From the NCBI GenBank assembly GCA_963762565.1, contig CAVXLD010000003.1, positions 704,001 through 768,000 of the forward strand: DNA of 64,000 bases, in the 5' to 3' direction. The position numbers and the translations under genes were made by a program. Below the pieces are notes generated by a model. The model was not told the origin of the DNA. It searched no databases and saw only the letters and a list, made by a program, of their open reading frames with translations. The DNA comes from an uncultured Verrucomicrobiae bacterium. GTDB lineage: Bacteria; Verrucomicrobiota; Verrucomicrobiia; Chthoniobacterales; JAFAMB01. Positions 9,195 to 19,181 of this stretch are shown here, in pieces; position 1 is the stretch's first letter; each line of letters opens with the position of its first letter.

Positions 9195-9482
9195 TCAAAC
9201 TCCGCGTTTGTTCCCCGGTCTTGTGCTGAGACTGACGGCAAGCGCATGTCGCTGCGAATAAGTTTCTCCGCTGCAGGACATGCGCTCGGACTCGGGCCAA
9301 ATCTGGGCTACGCATTCTTGAATCAATGCGATTGCCAGTTTTTCTAGAGGTAGGCCGAACGGGTGAATCAGTTTCAAGCCCAGGAGAAGAAACCTGAGCC
9401 GCCTGGCAAAGCGATGTCTTCTCTTGGCTAGCTGGTTGTAGTAGCGCTGCTGGCAGCGCCTTATTGACGGAGGCGATTCCAT
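9195..9482 (-). CDS. Possible small hypothetical protein
   Basis: ATG-initiated ORF 30 bp downstream of the SUKH gene. No motif recognised. Confidence 0.25.
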   Translation of the reverse strand: MESPPSIRRCQQRYYNQLAKRRHRFARRLRFLLLGLKLIHPFGLPLEKLAIALIQECVAQIWPESERMSCSGETYSQRHALAVSLSTRPGNKRGV

Positions 9483-9512
9483 GGCAAGAGCAGAGCCAAG
9501 CCCTTCAGAACC

Positions 9513-10115
9513 TCAGCGCTTAGCGGCATCATTGACAATCGGCGTCGAATCTTTGTCGGGTGCTGGGTCGATTCGCAGTGCCTGCTGCAGCATATCGTTT
9601 ACCATCTCCGCAGCAGAACCGAAGGCATGAACCGGCGCTAACGTAACCCGCGACAGAACCACGTACTGTTTAGCCCCTAAGTCGAAACCGAAATACCAAA
9701 GATCCGAGTCACCAATAAAAAGGTATTTTCCAGCGGTTTCCGGCATAACGGACCAAAGGGAAAGATTTTCGGCCACGATCGTTGGGCCGTAAGCCTGTTC
9801 GTCGGGAAGATCTTGGTCGGTACCAAAGAGGCTGACCCCATTTTCCGAGAAACCATCTACTGCGGCGAAGATCTCCCGAAGTTCGACCGGCAGCTCGATT
9901 CCCAGCTCGTCGTACGCTGCCTGCTCTGTTTGCTCGATGTCTTCGGGCAGGGCTCCAGGAAGGAGCGGCCGGTTGCCTCGGGCTGCATCGCGGGCCAGAC
10001 GGTGTTCCAGGTTGGTTCGCTCGTCTGACGATAATTGCAGGTAGTATTGGGACGCTCGGAGATCGTTGAGAAATAGCTCGCTGAGCTCGCTTAATAAGTC
10101 GGTGTTGAGGTTCAT
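9513..10115 (-). CDS. SMI1/KNR4 (SUKH, YrhA-like) immunity-type protein
   Basis: ELGIELPVELREIF..VDG..NG..LFG, YLFIGDSD, FGSAAEMV pattern. Starts 2 bp after the upstream stop. Confidence 0.75.
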   Translation of the reverse strand: MNLNTDLLSELSELFLNDLRASQYYLQLSSDERTNLEHRLARDAARGNRPLLPGALPEDIEQTEQAAYDELGIELPVELREIFAAVDGFSENGVSLFGTDQDLPDEQAYGPTIVAENLSLWSVMPETAGKYLFIGDSDLWYFGFDLGAKQYVVLSRVTLAPVHAFGSAAEMVNDMLQQALRIDPAPDKDSTPIVNDAAKR

Positions 10116-10117
10116 AG

Positions 10118-11200
10118 CTAGACTTTAATGGTAGTGCCAGCGTTTACTTTCGGTCCGGCGGCGATTCTGGTTTGACTTCGTTTTCGACTAGATTTTGTTT
10201 TTGCCAGAGGCGGTGTTTCCGGAGTGGCTGTAAGGTTGGAATCGACGATCGGCAGCTTGTTTTTCGGCACATGGTCGGGGCCAAGTTGGTGCCCGTTCAC
10301 GTAGGCGTCGCCTGGAAGCCATTCTGCGGTTAAACCCTCCACCTTGCGAGCGAGTTCATCGCGCGCCGTCAATTTAGCTGATTCGTCTTTGTTCTTCTTA
10401 CTGTAGAACTCGCCGAACGCCCGAGTAATGTCGTGGAACTCTTTGGGGACGGAGTAGGCGCGGTGCCCGGTCGCTTTCGAGAATTCTAGTATGCGCTTTT
10501 CCCAGACTTCCGGTAATGGAGGCGCTCCTAGATTCTTGAGATGTTCCCGAAGCTGTTCCGGGGTCTTGAACCCCTGGGTGACAGGAGGATAAAAGGGAAA
10601 CAATGGTCGCACTACGTAGATGGGAATCTCAGCGTTCGGTGCGTTATGGGTTTGGGCATGGAGTAATAAGCTGTGCCAGAGATGGTGCGGATTTTGTGAC
10701 TGATCACGGCCCCGGCGAGTGGTATTCGCAATTACAAAATTGCGGGGATGGTTAACCGCGGCGTCGCCTCCAGCGACAGCGACACTTTTGGGGATCACGT
10801 GATGGCAGTTGTAAGTGACCTGGCGGCCACGCACCGCCCGCTCGGGTGGCGCGGTGGAGTCGATCAACGTAGACGGGCTCCGGCCTGCTTCCATCAGTTT
10901 CACCCCATCCGGGCCGACGGCGAGTAGGGCCAAGGTCCGGCCAATTGGATGATTGACTAGAGCTTGGAAGTATTCTTCCCGGATGTGGTTGTAGTCTTTG
11001 ATGACGGTCTTGTATTCTTCGCCTTGGCGATCCAGGGCTCTGCCGAGGATACGGTCCAAAACGACGCCGGGAAGCTCTGGACATGCGCCCACAATTTCCG
11101 GGTCAGGCGCCAATTTCTCGAAATCACGAATCGCTTCAGCGACGGCATCGATCATCTCCTGACGCGGAGGAGCAGGAGGTTGTTTTTTTGAAGAGCTCAT
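10118..11200 (-). CDS. Hypothetical protein with HNH-like nuclease motif (putative toxin)
   Basis: CHHVIP...NHPRNFV...PHHLWH matches the HH-N-H arrangement, and the gene is directly upstream of a SUKH gene. Confidence 0.6.
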   Translation of the reverse strand: MSSSKKQPPAPPRQEMIDAVAEAIRDFEKLAPDPEIVGACPELPGVVLDRILGRALDRQGEEYKTVIKDYNHIREEYFQALVNHPIGRTLALLAVGPDGVKLMEAGRSPSTLIDSTAPPERAVRGRQVTYNCHHVIPKSVAVAGGDAAVNHPRNFVIANTTRRGRDQSQNPHHLWHSLLLHAQTHNAPNAEIPIYVVRPLFPFYPPVTQGFKTPEQLREHLKNLGAPPLPEVWEKRILEFSKATGHRAYSVPKEFHDITRAFGEFYSKKNKDESAKLTARDELARKVEGLTAEWLPGDAYVNGHQLGPDHVPKNKLPIVDSNLTATPETPPLAKTKSSRKRSQTRIAAGPKVNAGTTIKV

Positions 11201-11366
11201 GGTTTGGGAACGAGGTGGGGATGGGTAGGGGAGAGGCTATCGCTCGGGAGTTGAGGCATGCCGTAATAACATCTGTAAGACATGTTGTGATATATGCAGG
11301 ATGTTCTACGGCTTTGCAAGAACAAACCGTAATCATGTTATTAATTTCGGCCGGAGGAAGTTTTAG

Positions 11367-11690
11367 GGCGCGAAGCGCTGGTAGATTTTAGCCTAGGCTG
11401 AGTCTGCGAGGCCTAGGTAGCCATTTCCCCCAAAGCGAGAGCGCTGAAGGCGAGGAAGAAACAGGGTTGCATATATAATAACTATTATCCTATATGTTAT
11501 GGTCATGCCCCAATCGCTCTCCTGCCTTCTTCTCCGGTTGCTTTCGACGAACGATACGTCTGGGATTGAACTCCGGTTCTTTCGCGCCTTCAGCGCTTCG
11601 TCGCTGGGGGGCCGTTACCTAGGCCTCGCAGACTCAGCCTAGGCTAAAATCTTGCAGCCCCGAAATGCTTCGGGGTAAACGCTTCGCGCC
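11367..11690. repeat. Repeat family F inverted doublet
   Basis: GGCGCGAAGCG..AGATTTTAGCCTAGGCTGAGTCTGCGAGGCCTAGGTA..GCGCTGAAGGCG and its reverse complement around an AT-rich spacer. Confidence 0.85.
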
Positions 11691-11761
11691 TAGTTCTCCG
11701 GAGTGGACAGTAACCGGAAGGCTCAACTAGTCCTCACTCACGCAGCGCTGCATTGACCCCT

Positions 11762-13240
11762 TCACAACAACATAAACGCCAGCCCCACGATAACGGTCGG
11801 AACAAGCGCGCCCAGGAATAGACCGAGAGGGGAAATTCCGGCTTCGCCAAAACGGGAAGCTAGAATGCTCTGGCCAGCCGGGTTGGGGGCATTGGCGATC
11901 ACGGTTAAACCGCCCCCGGTCACGGCGCCGGCCATTACGGCATAACGCGAAGAGTCAGGGAATCCAGGGACAAGGGTAGCCAGGTAGGTGATGGCGGCAT
12001 TGTCATTAAGTGCCGTGAGAGCGGTGGCGCAGATCATCAGCGGCCATTGGCTAAGCGATTTGAGAACGGGGCCGATCCACCAGGATTGACAGCCGCCATG
12101 GATGACTAGGGAGGCCAAGAAAAATCCCACTAACAGAGGAGGCCGCAAAGCGATGCCTTGCTGGTTATGCCGAGTGGCTGAGACAAAGGCGAGAAAGAAA
12201 AGGAAACCGAGAACCACTAGCACCGGATAATGCGCACTAATAACGGTCCAGACGAGGAACAACAGGTGAATCAGCGTGATAGACCAAGGCACTCTTCTTC
12301 GATCCTCTTCATCTCCAAATTCGCGCCGTTCTTGATTAAGCCGGCTGAACTCTTTTCGAAACGCGAGCCAATATAGAATATTCGAGATAATGATCGCGAT
12401 GACCGCTTTCCAGCCAAAGTTAGCCATCATGAAAGGCATGTCCCATTTCCAAGCGCTGGCGGCGAGTACCACGGGCGGAGCTGCGAAATGAGTTAGCGTG
12501 CCGCCGACCGAAATATTGACGAATAGCAATCCCAACGTGGCGTATTTCAACCGGCTGCTGGAATGCAAATTGTAAAAACGATGCCGGAGCAATAGGGCGC
12601 AAATGGTCATGGCTGCGGGCTCGGTGATAAAAGACCCCAAGATCGGTCCGATGGTTAGGATCGACATCCACCAGGCGGCAGGCGAACTTCGGCCGAGTTT
12701 AGCGACTTGCGAGATCGCGGTTTCCGCCGATCGCAGGATAGGTAACGATCCGGCGATCGCCATGATCACAACGACGAAGACCGGGTCCGCGACGTTGACA
12801 TGCCCGACGTAATCTACCATAGCGTCCCAGCCTTTGAATAGGATGATGGCGAGGAAAAGGGGAATCAACCAGATCCCGAAGACGGCTTCGATCTCTCCCA
12901 TGAAATGGTAGAACTGAGCCCAGAAAACCAGATGATCCCGTTTCCCTTCCGCAACTACCAGGTTCGGGTCAGCCTGTTCTTCCTCGAGCCGCAACAATCG
13001 ATGTTCAAAACTCCGTGAACGTTTCTGGAATTGGGCGGCCAAAAAAGTGTGCGTAATCGCCAATGCGAAAATGACGGTGGCGATCAGGTTAAGTGGATCA
13101 CTCTGAACCCGCCCCCAGAGCTGCGCCGGGATAAAAGTCACGTCGTCATCGTGATAGCTAGCCGGGTCCGCCGGGTATGCGCCGGCGCTGACTGATGCCG
13201 CGTGAAGGGAAGGCGACGCTAGGAGCAAAAAGCCGAGCAA
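11762..13240 (-). CDS. Putative Na+/H+ antiporter (DUF1504-like)
   Basis: Polytopic. LGSFITEPAAMT, NISVGGTLTHFAAPP, DNAAITYL, GGGLTVIANAPNPAG. Start uncertain (TTG 13240 or GTG 13408). Confidence 0.8.
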   Translation of the reverse strand: MLGFLLLASPSLHAASVSAGAYPADPASYHDDDVTFIPAQLWGRVQSDPLNLIATVIFALAITHTFLAAQFQKRSRSFEHRLLRLEEEQADPNLVVAEGKRDHLVFWAQFYHFMGEIEAVFGIWLIPLFLAIILFKGWDAMVDYVGHVNVADPVFVVVIMAIAGSLPILRSAETAISQVAKLGRSSPAAWWMSILTIGPILGSFITEPAAMTICALLLRHRFYNLHSSSRLKYATLGLLFVNISVGGTLTHFAAPPVVLAASAWKWDMPFMMANFGWKAVIAIIISNILYWLAFRKEFSRLNQERREFGDEEDRRRVPWSITLIHLLFLVWTVISAHYPVLVVLGFLFFLAFVSATRHNQQGIALRPPLLVGFFLASLVIHGGCQSWWIGPVLKSLSQWPLMICATALTALNDNAAITYLATLVPGFPDSSRYAVMAGAVTGGGLTVIANAPNPAGQSILASRFGEAGISPLGLFLGALVPTVIVGLAFMLL

Positions 13241-13431
13241 TAGAAGGAGTCGCTTGGTGAAAGGTGAAAGGTGAAAAGTGAAAGGTGAAAAGCGACTTAT
13301 ACCCAGGGGTCGGGGACGATGCCCGATAGTCCCGCAGGTCTTCTGGGCCGTAGAAGTTCCTTCTAAGCCAGCGCGTTCAGGATCCCTGGAGCACCTTTCA
13401 CTTTTCACGTTTCACCTTTCACTTTTTCCAA

Positions 13432-13731
13432 TCACAGCCCTTTCTTCGACAACTCGGAAAGGCACTTCTCGATGGCATCCAAGGCGTGATCGGCATCCGA
13501 ACCTTCGGCGGTAACCAAAATTTCCGCACCACTACGAATATCAGCGGTCATGATATCCATGATGCTGATGGCAGAACAAAGACGTCCGTTTGCTTCCACC
13601 GTAATCACGCTCTTAAAACGCATCGCGCAGCGAACGAGCTCACTGGTGGGGCGAGCATGCAAGCCAGTAGGATTGGTTACCTGTATCTTCCGGCTTAGCT
13701 TGACAGAGTTCGGCCGCGGTTTCCCTGACAT
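13432..13731 (-). CDS. ptsH: HPr phosphocarrier protein
   Basis: GLHARP (His15), SIMDI (Ser46 region), AEGSDA. Confidence 0.9.
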   Translation of the reverse strand: MSGKPRPNSVKLSRKIQVTNPTGLHARPTSELVRCAMRFKSVITVEANGRLCSAISIMDIMTADIRSGAEILVTAEGSDADHALDAIEKCLSELSKKGL

Positions 13732-13743
13732 GGTCCAATTTGG

Positions 13744-14010
13744 TTAAATGGCTTGCGATGGGGTTGCAGTGAACTCGTCCTCACTGATTTCTTCGATCTT
13801 GAGAACATGTGGATTTTCGCAGCAAAGTTCCAAAAATCGATAGCGATCTTCTTCCTCCTGCAACTCCACCAGAATCAATTGAGTGCTGGCATTTCGTTTG
13901 CGTGCCCAGCCAGAGACCCAGGGAATATGTACAACCGGCGGGAACACGTGAAACTGATAAAACGCCGCGTCTTCGTTTTGGAATGTGATTCGAAAACAGA
14001 ATCGATTCAT
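13744..14010 (-). CDS. Small hypothetical protein
   Basis: 88-aa ATG ORF ending 12 bp before ptsH, protein-like composition. Confidence 0.55.
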   Translation of the reverse strand: MNRFCFRITFQNEDAAFYQFHVFPPVVHIPWVSGWARKRNASTQLILVELQEEEDRYRFLELCCENPHVLKIEEISEDEFTATPSQAI

Positions 14011-14265
14011 CAGAAATCTAGTAATCGCTGCGATCTAGAGACGCAAAGGAGAACCGCAGATTGACGCAGATGTACGCAGATAAGAATGGTCCGCGGAATA
14101 CATTTTAGCGGCGATCATGACGAGCGGGTCAGAGACATTATCGAGCGGCGTGTTCCAACTGATGAGGCCGGTAGTCGAAGCCCAGATCAAAATCTGCGTA
14201 AATCTGCGTCCATTTCACCCCGGAGAATTTCGGGGCTGCGGTTCGTTTTCTGTCTTCGCTTCGGC

Positions 14266-15051
14266 CTAGGCGCCCGATGTTTGCGTCTCGAAAAACGCGA
14301 AGAAAGCGCCTTGCGGGTCTTGTACGACAGCGTATCGCCCCGCCTTCTCGATCTCAGTTGCGGGAACCAGGACTTTACCGCCGCCCTGCTTCAATTGCTC
14401 AAGGGTGGGCTCCAATTTCGCCACTAGGAAATAAGGCAACCAGTGAGGCGGCGCACCAGCAAACGAATTGGCCGGCGGAATACCACCGATGAATTCACCG
14501 CGGTTAACGATGTGAAGATAGCCGGTATAGATCTCGCCCGGTTTAAGTTCCCAACCGAAAAGAGAGCCGTAGAAAGCCTCGGCTGCAGCCTGATCTGGAG
14601 TCGCTAAGTCCGCCCAACAGAGTGTACCGGCAACCCCGGTTAAACGGATCCCGATACTGGTTTTGGCTTGCCAAATAGAAAATACGGCACCGGTGGGATC
14701 TTGGATAACCGCCATCCGCCCGGCGTCAAACACATCGAATGGCGCCGCTAGAACGCGTGCGCCCAGCGATTCGGCTTTCCCGCTTGTAGCGTCGGCATTC
14801 TCTACCGCCACGTATAACATCCAATGGGGAATGACACCGTGCTCTATTTGGTCCTGCCTCAGTGTGCAGGCAGCGCCGACCTCGCGCTGTTCGAGCTGGA
14901 ACATCGAATAGAACTGGTCTGGTCCGATCGGCAAATCCACAGCCGTCCAACCAAAGACCTTACTATAGAACGCTTTCGCTCCTTGCTGATCGTTGGTGCT
15001 GAGTTCAGGCCAGCAGAAGCTACCGATTCTGAATTCGTCGATTTGCGGCAT
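14266..15051 (-). CDS. Two-domain VOC/glyoxalase family protein
   Basis: Repeated W.EL.T..AFY..FGW and GR.AV.QDP.GA.F modules. Confidence 0.9.
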   Translation of the reverse strand: MPQIDEFRIGSFCWPELSTNDQQGAKAFYSKVFGWTAVDLPIGPDQFYSMFQLEQREVGAACTLRQDQIEHGVIPHWMLYVAVENADATSGKAESLGARVLAAPFDVFDAGRMAVIQDPTGAVFSIWQAKTSIGIRLTGVAGTLCWADLATPDQAAAEAFYGSLFGWELKPGEIYTGYLHIVNRGEFIGGIPPANSFAGAPPHWLPYFLVAKLEPTLEQLKQGGGKVLVPATEIEKAGRYAVVQDPQGAFFAFFETQTSGA

Positions 15052-15097
15052 GGATGACCTTATGGATTTATTAGAAAGCGCCAACGGGAATCTGCGG

Positions 15098-15403
15098 CTC
15101 GCTTAGGCTCGCCGCAGGAGCCATGAGAGGGCGTGTCGCAGGGGTCGCCACCCGTGGAGCGCTGCCTCGCTTGCGAGGCCGTTGGTGAGCAAGGGCGAAG
15201 ATTGGACACGACTTTCGTCTATCCGCGCACTTGACGTAGCCAGGCGGACCTAACGACACAGGGCATCGACGGCAATGGGTGATCCGCCCACGATTTTCCT
15301 TTGCTCACCACGGCCTCGCAAGCGAGGCAGCGCTCCACGGGGTGGCGCCTCCTCCTAGCTCCTAGATTCTAGCTCCTAACTCCTTCGGCGAGCCTAAGGC
15401 GAG
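15098..15403. repeat. Nested element: family G arms enclosing CTCCTAG heptamers and an A1 doublet
   Basis: CTCGCTTAGGCTCG ... A1 pair 15151-15341 ... (CTCCTAG)n ... CGAGCCTAAGGCGAG. Confidence 0.8.
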
Positions 15404-15406
15404 CCG

Positions 15407-16984
15407 CTAAAACGGCTGCCGCAATTGCATATCTGCTTCGTGCAACCAATTGACTCCCTCTTCATCGAGTTGGCCGGTTTCACGAAGGCGAAACAGGATC
15501 TGGCTGCATTGCTCGAAGGCAAGGCGGGCATCCTTTGATTCGCCGTGGTCCCGAAGAAGTTTTCCCAGGGTGAGCTCGGTACCGGCAAAGGTCTCGTCAA
15601 GCTCATGGTTGTCGGGGTGTAGTTGTCGCAGCTTTTCCAAAATGGAGCTGGCCTCTTTATACGAGCTTAAGGCTTGGATTGCCATTTGCTGGGCGGAAAA
15701 TACGTAACCGATGGCTTCGAGATTGACGGTTAGTTGGACGCCCCAATTCGGGTCGGCAGGGTTCGCATGGTACGCAGCGGTCAGAACGTTGTGCGCGCGT
15801 TCGTATACGCTAAGTGCGTCCGGGTAACGGTGGTTGGTCACCAGGAGAGAGCCAAACCGCGACAAGACCCGGCATAGTTCCTTTTTAACGTCAGGGTCGG
15901 AAGTCAGCTTCTCATGGGCTTGCTCCAGAATGGTTGCGCTCTGGTTGAAGTGATCCAGCGCCTCGTCATATCGATTCAACTGTTCGGCGGCCAGCCCGTA
16001 TTGCTCGAGAATATGCCCTAGTGCGAGCTGAGCCCTGCTGCCGTTGTCAACAGCCGCGTTGATTGCATTCAGGAGATCAACCGCTTCTTGGCACACTGGC
16101 AATGCTTCCAGAGGTTCACTCCGTGCGACTAACAAAGAAGCGATGTTTCCCAAACCGACGGCAAGGTCTCGCTTGAAATCCTTATTGGCCTGGTCGCGTT
16201 CCACCATTTGCTGCCGCAGATCCCTGGATACCTCTAAGATTCGTATTGCTTGCTCTGGTTTTCCCTTAGTTACAATCAACGCGGCGGCATCATCCAGATT
16301 GACCGCTAGCTCCGCCAACCAACTAAGATTTGCGTTTGCGGCATCAGGCATTGTTTTGACAGTGTCAACGATCAGCCCATAGGCGTCGGCGGCTTCGTCA
16401 TAACTGCTCAGCAAAAGCAAAATCTCTCCCACCCAATCTTGATTTATTGCCTGTTCACTGGCCCAGTCATAGCTCTCCGGGTTCTGTCTTACTAAGCGAT
16501 CGCCGGCGGCACACGCTTTTTGATAGAATTGGAGGCTATTTGATAGTTGATGTCGTAAAAGGGAAACTCTACCCATCCGGGCCAGGCTCTTTGCTAAGTC
16601 GTGCAACCGGACGGGATCCTCAGAATCTTGATCAGCCAACGCCTGCCGGATTTCCAAGCTTTCCTGATAGTTGGCCAGTCCGCGGTCCAAATGGTTATTA
16701 GCTACCAACATGTCGCCGAACTTTTCATAGCAAGACGCTAAACCTTGGCGGACCGGAATATCGCCGGGATTTTGATCCGCCAGTGTTTGATAGAGAGTGC
16801 TTGCTTGTTGGAACGCAGCGCTGGCGTCGTCGACCTTCTGTTCAAGACCGAGATTCTCGCCTTGGTTGGTTAGCTCGGTCGCATGATTGAGCGACGAAAC
16901 TAGAGGATCCGCCAGGGCGGCAATAGGGGCGAAGAGGACCAGCAGGCAGGTACCGAGTAAGACGCGCCGGTCGTGGGAAAACAT
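15407..16984 (-). CDS. Exported tetratricopeptide-repeat protein
   Basis: Signal peptide (LLVLFAPIAALA) followed by long TPR-like repeats (LAxxYEKxGD..ALxxYQxSLEI). Confidence 0.8.
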   Translation of the reverse strand: MFSHDRRVLLGTCLLVLFAPIAALADPLVSSLNHATELTNQGENLGLEQKVDDASAAFQQASTLYQTLADQNPGDIPVRQGLASCYEKFGDMLVANNHLDRGLANYQESLEIRQALADQDSEDPVRLHDLAKSLARMGRVSLLRHQLSNSLQFYQKACAAGDRLVRQNPESYDWASEQAINQDWVGEILLLLSSYDEAADAYGLIVDTVKTMPDAANANLSWLAELAVNLDDAAALIVTKGKPEQAIRILEVSRDLRQQMVERDQANKDFKRDLAVGLGNIASLLVARSEPLEALPVCQEAVDLLNAINAAVDNGSRAQLALGHILEQYGLAAEQLNRYDEALDHFNQSATILEQAHEKLTSDPDVKKELCRVLSRFGSLLVTNHRYPDALSVYERAHNVLTAAYHANPADPNWGVQLTVNLEAIGYVFSAQQMAIQALSSYKEASSILEKLRQLHPDNHELDETFAGTELTLGKLLRDHGESKDARLAFEQCSQILFRLRETGQLDEEGVNWLHEADMQLRQPF

Positions 16985-17174
16985 GGAAGAAACTAAGTAA
17001 TCCTGTGTCCGAGTATCTGAGCGCTGGTGTAGTGGGTTATTGTTTGGGTGGTACTGCTTAGCCGGTGATTGTAATACAAGTCGCCGAGAAACTCACGCAC
17101 AAAGGAAGGGGAGGGGGTGAGGGGTGAGGTGTGAAAGGTGATTAGTGATTGGTGATTAGTGGGCTGTCGCCCTT

Positions 17175-17387
17175 TTGGTGGGGCGAGGCTCCCGAAAGGC
17201 TGCACGTTTCATCGGAGCGAACCGGTAAAACCTGCTGGCGTGATGAGTAAGGCCTATAAACGCGCCGAGCCGTGATCCAGCGCTGGGCCACGGCTCGGCG
17301 AGCGTTGGGGCCTAGACAATTCCGTCGTCGGGTGAATATCAATCGCCTGCAAAACCTTGGGGTCCTTCTGGAGCCTCGGCCCGCCAA
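17175..17387. repeat. Repeat family C inverted doublet
   Basis: TTGGTGGGGCGAGGCTCC ... GGAGCCTCGCCCCACCAA with an inner CGCCGAGCCG/CGGCTCGGCG pair. Also at 19594-19880, 34543-34757 and 37423-37637; single arm near 62490. Confidence 0.9.
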
Positions 17388-17454
17388 AAAGGCCGCCGGT
17401 CCAACGAATCACCAATCACGAATCACCAATCACCTTTCGCCCTACCAACCCACC

Positions 17455-18573
17455 CTAAACGTTGAATCTGAATTCCATCACGTCTCCGTCCTGAACCACG
17501 TACTCTTTTCCTTCGATTCGCAGCTTGCCTGCTTCACGGGCTTTGGCAAAGGATCCTAGCTGGACTAGGTCGGTGAACCGTACTGTCTCGGCCGCGATAA
17601 AGCCGCGTTCGAAGTCGGAATGAATGACCCCGGCTGCTGCCGGCGCTTTATCTCCGGCATGGATCGTCCAAGCCCGGGTTTCTTTTTCCCCGGTGGTAAA
17701 ATAGGTGCGTAAGCCCAACAAATGATAGACGGAACGAATCAAGTTTTCTATCCCGGTCTCTTTGACACCAAGGCTGGCCAGGTACTCGGCGGCTTCTGCG
17801 GCGTCCAGGTCGACTAGTTCGCTTTCGATCTGGGCGCTGATCACTACAGCCTCCGTATTGAGATGGGTTTGGACGTACTGGTTGACCTGAGCCACGTACC
17901 CGGCCGGCGCCGACGTTTCCGAGGCCATAGCGGCCAGATCGGTTTCTGCCACGTTACAGGCAAAAATCGTCGGCTTGGCGGTTAATAAGAAAAAGGTCCG
18001 CAATAAATCGGTTTCTTCCTGGGACAGCGAGACGGCCGAAGCCGGCAACCCGTCGTTGAGGCTCGGCAGGAGTTTCTCGATCAGAGCCGCCTCGGCCTTG
18101 GCTTGTTTATCCCCGGACCTCACCTGTTTCTGTAATCGTTCCGCTCGCTTTTGCAGAGTACTGAGGTCGGCCAGGATCAATTCCGTGTTGACCACTTCTA
18201 TGTCGCGGAGTGGATCAACCGTGCCGCTGACATGATGGATCTCGCTGCTTTCGAAGCAGCGAACCACCTGAACAATTGCATCAACCTCGCGAATATGACT
18301 GAGAAATTGGTTGCCGAGGCCTTCACCCTGGCTCGCGCCCTTTACCAAGCCGGCAATGTCCACAAATTCCACAACGGCGGGGATGGTCTTCTGCGACTTG
18401 GAAAGAGTCGATAGCCGAGTCAGCCGGTCGTCCGGAACGGTTACGACGCCCTGATTCGGTTCGATGGTGCAGAAGGGATAGTTAGCTGCTTCCGCCTTTC
18501 GAGTACGAGTTACGGCATTAAACAAGGTCGATTTTCCGACATTCGGCAGCCCAACAATACCGGCGCTTAGCAT
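17455..18573 (-). CDS. ychF: Redox-regulated ATPase YchF
   Basis: GIVGLPNVGKSTLFNA, NYPFCTIEPN, DIAGLVKGAS, C-terminal FRFNV. Confidence 0.97.
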   Translation of the reverse strand: MLSAGIVGLPNVGKSTLFNAVTRTRKAEAANYPFCTIEPNQGVVTVPDDRLTRLSTLSKSQKTIPAVVEFVDIAGLVKGASQGEGLGNQFLSHIREVDAIVQVVRCFESSEIHHVSGTVDPLRDIEVVNTELILADLSTLQKRAERLQKQVRSGDKQAKAEAALIEKLLPSLNDGLPASAVSLSQEETDLLRTFFLLTAKPTIFACNVAETDLAAMASETSAPAGYVAQVNQYVQTHLNTEAVVISAQIESELVDLDAAEAAEYLASLGVKETGIENLIRSVYHLLGLRTYFTTGEKETRAWTIHAGDKAPAAAGVIHSDFERGFIAAETVRFTDLVQLGSFAKAREAGKLRIEGKEYVVQDGDVMEFRFNV

Positions 18574-18701
18574 AAGGGCGGGAAACTTAACGATGCGCGA
18601 CAAATCAGCACGCGAAATCTTGACTTTCTATTGGGTCGCCATAGGATCGTGCCGCGAGGTCCTCTTCCACTCTTGCCACCAAGTTCCTAAACCTACGCGC
18701 T

Positions 18702-19085
18702 ATGTCTTCACCCGCATCAAATCCCAGCAGCGACACTGGCCTAGCCTCCAATCTCGGGGCTGGTCTCTGTGCCCTTTTTCCGCTGATCGGCGGAATTGTG
18801 TTCTACTTTATCGAAAAGAAGGACCAGTTGGTCCGGCACTGGGCTGTTCAAGGGATCTTCTTTGGAGGCACCTCAATCGTTGTAGCGATCGTGCTGTCGA
18901 TTGTCACCGGTGTGCTATCAGTGATCCATATCGGCTTTTTAGGCTTTCTTTTACAATTGGCTTGGCAAATTTGCTGGCTGATCCTTTGGATTTTGGGCCT
19001 GATCAACGGATTTCAGGGTAAGCGCTGGGAATACCCGATCATTTCGGAACAGTGTAAGAAACTGTTTCCCAAATTGGTTCCGTAG
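18702..19085 (+). CDS. DUF4870-like membrane protein (copy 1)
   Basis: Three hydrophobic helices, EKKD..VRHWAVQ, GKRWEYPII. Confidence 0.8.
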   Translation: MSSPASNPSSDTGLASNLGAGLCALFPLIGGIVFYFIEKKDQLVRHWAVQGIFFGGTSIVVAIVLSIVTGVLSVIHIGFLGFLLQLAWQICWLILWILGLINGFQGKRWEYPIISEQCKKLFPKLVP

Positions 19086-19181
19086 CTGGAGAAAACTGTG
19101 CGGTAAGTGTTGGCGATCTTCCCAATGGTCTGCGTTTGATCTCTTAAAGAAAAAGCTTCTTAGATAAACACCAATTCCAAT

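Noticed and set aside
8893..9500. tnpB partner of the Y1 transposase (IS605)
   Set aside because: No RuvC/Zn-finger ORF lies adjacent.
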